This document shows, in pieces, positions 61,477 to 64,000 of a stretch of 64,000 bases of DNA. The DNA is from Chlamydiota bacterium. GTDB taxonomy: Bacteria > Chlamydiota > Chlamydiia > Chlamydiales > RGXB01. Location of the stretch: assembly GCA_947494155.1 (NCBI GenBank), contig CANLTW010000002.1:32001-96000 (forward strand). Direction: 5' to 3'. The notes beneath the pieces were generated by a model that was given only the letters and a program-made list of their open reading frames with translations, did no database searches and was not told the DNA's origin. The position numbers and the translations under genes are program-made. The stretch's first letter is position 1; every line of letters begins with the position of its first letter.

Positions 61477-62034
61477 ATGTCATCCGTTTGCACACAGGCC
61501 CCCTTAATTTCTACCGATGATCTCCCTTTTTTTTATGCTAATCTGCAAAGCTCTCTTGATGTGAGTACAAAAATTAAAATATTAAAAATCACCGCGACCT
61601 CCCTTAAATCTGTTGATGGAGATAAGAGGTATTTAGAAAAAAGAAAATATAGATATTCGCCTCTAGATAGGGATATCCCCGAAGATAATGCTGAGCTCTA
61701 TCAAATTTTTTTGCAGGAATCTTTGCAGATCGAAAAAAGCGATCGGACTGATCCAAAAATACAGTTACTGTTGGTGTTGCTAAAAAAACCTTATGCATCC
61801 CCAGAAATCCAAAGTTTTTTAAATTGTATAAGACAAAATTACCTTGAAGAACAACAAAACCCTTTTTCTTTCCTAAAAGATAGAATTACTGACGGATTAT
61901 TCTCTGTTTATGAAGACCTACCCACTGAGGGACTCGAAAAGGTCTCTATCAGAGTGCATTTCTGTAAAAGGGATAACCCGGAAAAGATTTTGACCATAAG
62001 CTACGGAGGGAAACCCTCTATGGAGAATTTTTAA
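61477..62034 (+). CDS. Hypothetical protein
   Basis: 185-aa ORF with AGGAG RBS and its own AT-rich upstream region. Confidence 0.65.
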   Translation: MSSVCTQAPLISTDDLPFFYANLQSSLDVSTKIKILKITATSLKSVDGDKRYLEKRKYRYSPLDRDIPEDNAELYQIFLQESLQIEKSDRTDPKIQLLLVLLKKPYASPEIQSFLNCIRQNYLEEQQNPFSFLKDRITDGLFSVYEDLPTEGLEKVSIRVHFCKRDNPEKILTISYGGKPSMENF

Positions 62035-62042
62035 GAAGTTTT

Positions 62043-62082
62043 TTGTAAAAAAGACCTCTTGAAAAAGAGGTCTTTTTTACAA
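62043..62082. terminator. Bidirectional intrinsic terminator
   Basis: Perfect 18-bp inverted repeat TTGTAAAAAAGACCTCTT-GAAA-AAGAGGTCTTTTTTACAA between convergent genes. Confidence 0.85.
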
Positions 62083-62091
62083 TAAGAATGT

Positions 62092-63648
62092 TTAAGACTG
62101 GTGCGGTTTCATCATAGGGAAATAGATGACGTCACGAATGGAAACCTCACCTGTTAACACCATGACGAGGCGATCGATCCCAATCCCCAGACCTCCTGTC
62201 GGAGGCATTCCGGTATTGAGCGCTTCAATAAACTCCTCATCCATAGGATGGGCCTCTTTATCTCCGGCGTCTTTAGCCTCTTGTTGCTGACGTAAAAGGG
62301 TCTCTTGCACAATCGGATCGTTGAGTTCAGAATAGGCGTTTGCCATTTCCATACCGAGCATAAATAGTTCAAATCGCTCAACAATCCCCTCCTCTTTCTG
62401 CTTAACATTTCGATGGAATTTGCAAAGAGGTGTCGTCTCAACCGGGTGGTCAATAATGAAATGGGGCTCTATCAGATGCTCTTCTACAAACTCTTCAAAA
62501 ATTTTTGCGATCAACAAACCTCTAGGGAGCTTTTTTACTTCAAGAGGATCCAACGGGGTCGATGCTAGAACCTCTTGCATTTGTTGATCACTCATTTGGT
62601 CGACATCCAAACCTTTGTAAATACGAATCGACTCTTTCATGGTATAGCGCTTCCAGGGGCCTGCTAAATTTAGGTGATGGGTATTCCCCTTCTTATCCTG
62701 GCGAGAACCTAAATCGGTTGTACCATAAAGCGAATGAGCTAAAGAGACAAAAAGCTTTTCGGTAAAATCCATTACATCGTAGTAGTCTTGATAGGCTGCA
62801 TAAGATTCTATCATTGTAAATTCGGGGTTATGCGTGCGGTCTAGCCCCTCATTTCTAAAAACCTTCGACATCTCGAATACCTTTCGAATCCCCCCCACAA
62901 TCAGCTTCTTCAACTGAATTTCCAGAGAAATTCTGAGAAAGGTATCCATGTGCAGAGCGTTAACATGCGTGATAAAAGGGCTTGCATTCGCTCCACCGTA
63001 AATAGATTGCAAAACAGGGGTCTCCACCTCCATAAATCCCTGATCCTCGTAGAACCGACGAATAAGAGAGAGAATACGCGAGCGTGTTTGAAATGTAGTC
63101 ATCACTTGAGGATTGCTGATAAGATCAAGCCAGCGCTTACGGTAACGCATTTCGATGTCGCTCAACCCGCTATATTTGTCTGGCAGGGGCAAAAGGGCTT
63201 TTGCTCTAAAGGTGACCTCTTTAGCATATACAGTCAACTCCCCGACGCGGGTGCGAAACAGATGCCCCTTAACCGATAAAAAATCGCCTAAGTCCACCAA
63301 TTTTTCCACAAACTTTATCCCTGAAAGCTCCTCGCTGGGATTAAGCCCCATCACGGCGGTATCATCGCGGTTCAGCATCACCTGAATAGTGTGATGTTCA
63401 TCAAGCAGAGTTAAAAAAGCATTTTTTCCCATAGCCCGAAATAGGACGACTCGACCGGCAACCTCTACCCAATCGGTCTCCCCTTTCTGCGCCTCTTCAG
63501 ATTGGCCAACTGGATGTCCGTGATATTTTTTTGCCAGATGTCCGGCAAGTATCGGATTAAGAGAATCTGCTGGATAGGGTTCGACACCTAAACCACGGAT
63601 CTCATCCAATTTTCTTAATCGGTTACGGTATTCTTCTGAATGTTGCAT
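62092..63648 (-). CDS. lysS: Lysine-tRNA ligase (class II)
   Basis: OB-fold, RYRKRWLDL, EVETP, FRNEG..HNPEFT, GMPPTGGLGIGIDRL. Confidence 0.97.
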   Translation of the reverse strand: MQHSEEYRNRLRKLDEIRGLGVEPYPADSLNPILAGHLAKKYHGHPVGQSEEAQKGETDWVEVAGRVVLFRAMGKNAFLTLLDEHHTIQVMLNRDDTAVMGLNPSEELSGIKFVEKLVDLGDFLSVKGHLFRTRVGELTVYAKEVTFRAKALLPLPDKYSGLSDIEMRYRKRWLDLISNPQVMTTFQTRSRILSLIRRFYEDQGFMEVETPVLQSIYGGANASPFITHVNALHMDTFLRISLEIQLKKLIVGGIRKVFEMSKVFRNEGLDRTHNPEFTMIESYAAYQDYYDVMDFTEKLFVSLAHSLYGTTDLGSRQDKKGNTHHLNLAGPWKRYTMKESIRIYKGLDVDQMSDQQMQEVLASTPLDPLEVKKLPRGLLIAKIFEEFVEEHLIEPHFIIDHPVETTPLCKFHRNVKQKEEGIVERFELFMLGMEMANAYSELNDPIVQETLLRQQQEAKDAGDKEAHPMDEEFIEALNTGMPPTGGLGIGIDRLVMVLTGEVSIRDVIYFPMMKPHQS

Positions 63649-64000
63649 GGATGTCTCTTTTTAACTTTTGTTCCGTTCGTTACATCTTCTAATTCGTACC
63701 CCAAAGCGGCAATCTCGTTACGCAGTCTATCCGCATCTTGGAATTTACGCTCTTTTCGTGCCAGCTGACGCGCCTCAACAAGCTCCAAAATTTTCGCAGG
63801 AACGCTCTCTTGCTCTCTCTTAAGACAGGCCAAAATTTGATCGAGCTTATCTATTAAAGAGAGGATTTTTTTCACAGCATGCTGACTCCATCTTTTTTGA
63901 TCCAGCCCCTTATTGACGTCGCGGATCATATCAAACAAAATGGCAAAAGCTTTTGGGAAATTTAAATCCTGATTCAGAGCCTCGTAGAAAGCTTTTTCGG
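63615..64000 (-). CDS. cysS: Cysteine-tRNA ligase, C-terminal part (runs off the window)
   Basis: Frame open to the window end: FYEALNQDLNFPKAFAILFD (DALR region), ARKERKFQDADRLRNEI..G..LED. Confidence 0.9.
   Translation of the reverse strand, partial: EKAFYEALNQDLNFPKAFAILFDMIRDVNKGLDQKRWSQHAVKKILSLIDKLDQILACLKREQESVPAKILELVEARQLARKERKFQDADRLRNEIAALGYELEDVTNGTKVKKRHPCNIQKNTVTD

Noticed and set aside
63615..63648. 34-bp cysS/lysS overlap as a programmed frameshift or fusion
   Set aside because: Both genes have their own termini, and short overlaps are common throughout this window
1..64000. tRNA, rRNA, CRISPR arrays, IS elements, prophage
   Set aside because: None recognised by eye in intergenic regions or ORFs; tRNAscan-SE and Infernal would be needed to exclude small RNAs

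Overview
Bacterial chromosome segment that gene content and order place in the phylum Chlamydiae, most likely an environmental, non-Chlamydiaceae lineage (inference). Recognisable chlamydia-type blocks are acpP-fabG-fabD-fabH/recR-bamA-skp-lpxD, pdhABC, pssA/nrdAB with a class Ic R2, an M16 peptidase with htrA, sucCD/ftsY, and priA/lysS/cysS. Accessory DNA is interspersed. (1) At about 20.5-26.6 kb lies a three-gene minus-strand cluster encoding two different prokaryotic pentameric ligand-gated ion channel (pLGIC, Pro-loop) subunits, one with two extra sensor-like domains. They flank an orphan UrtA/AmiC-type urea/amide-binding protein. This is the best candidate for an undescribed system. A divergent DUF1615-like gene lies next to it. 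(2) At about 30.8-44.5 kb are two large paralogous proteins with tandem HEPN-like C-terminal motifs around a Nudix hydrolase, a truncated adhesin remnant, a bacterial (6-4)-type photolyase lacking the Fe-S cysteines, and a tricorn-like S41 protease. (3) At 4.2-5.5 kb is a eukaryotic-like pseudokinase behind a structured leader. No rRNA, tRNA, CRISPR array or transposase was recognised. All family calls come from reading motifs by eye; no database search was run.
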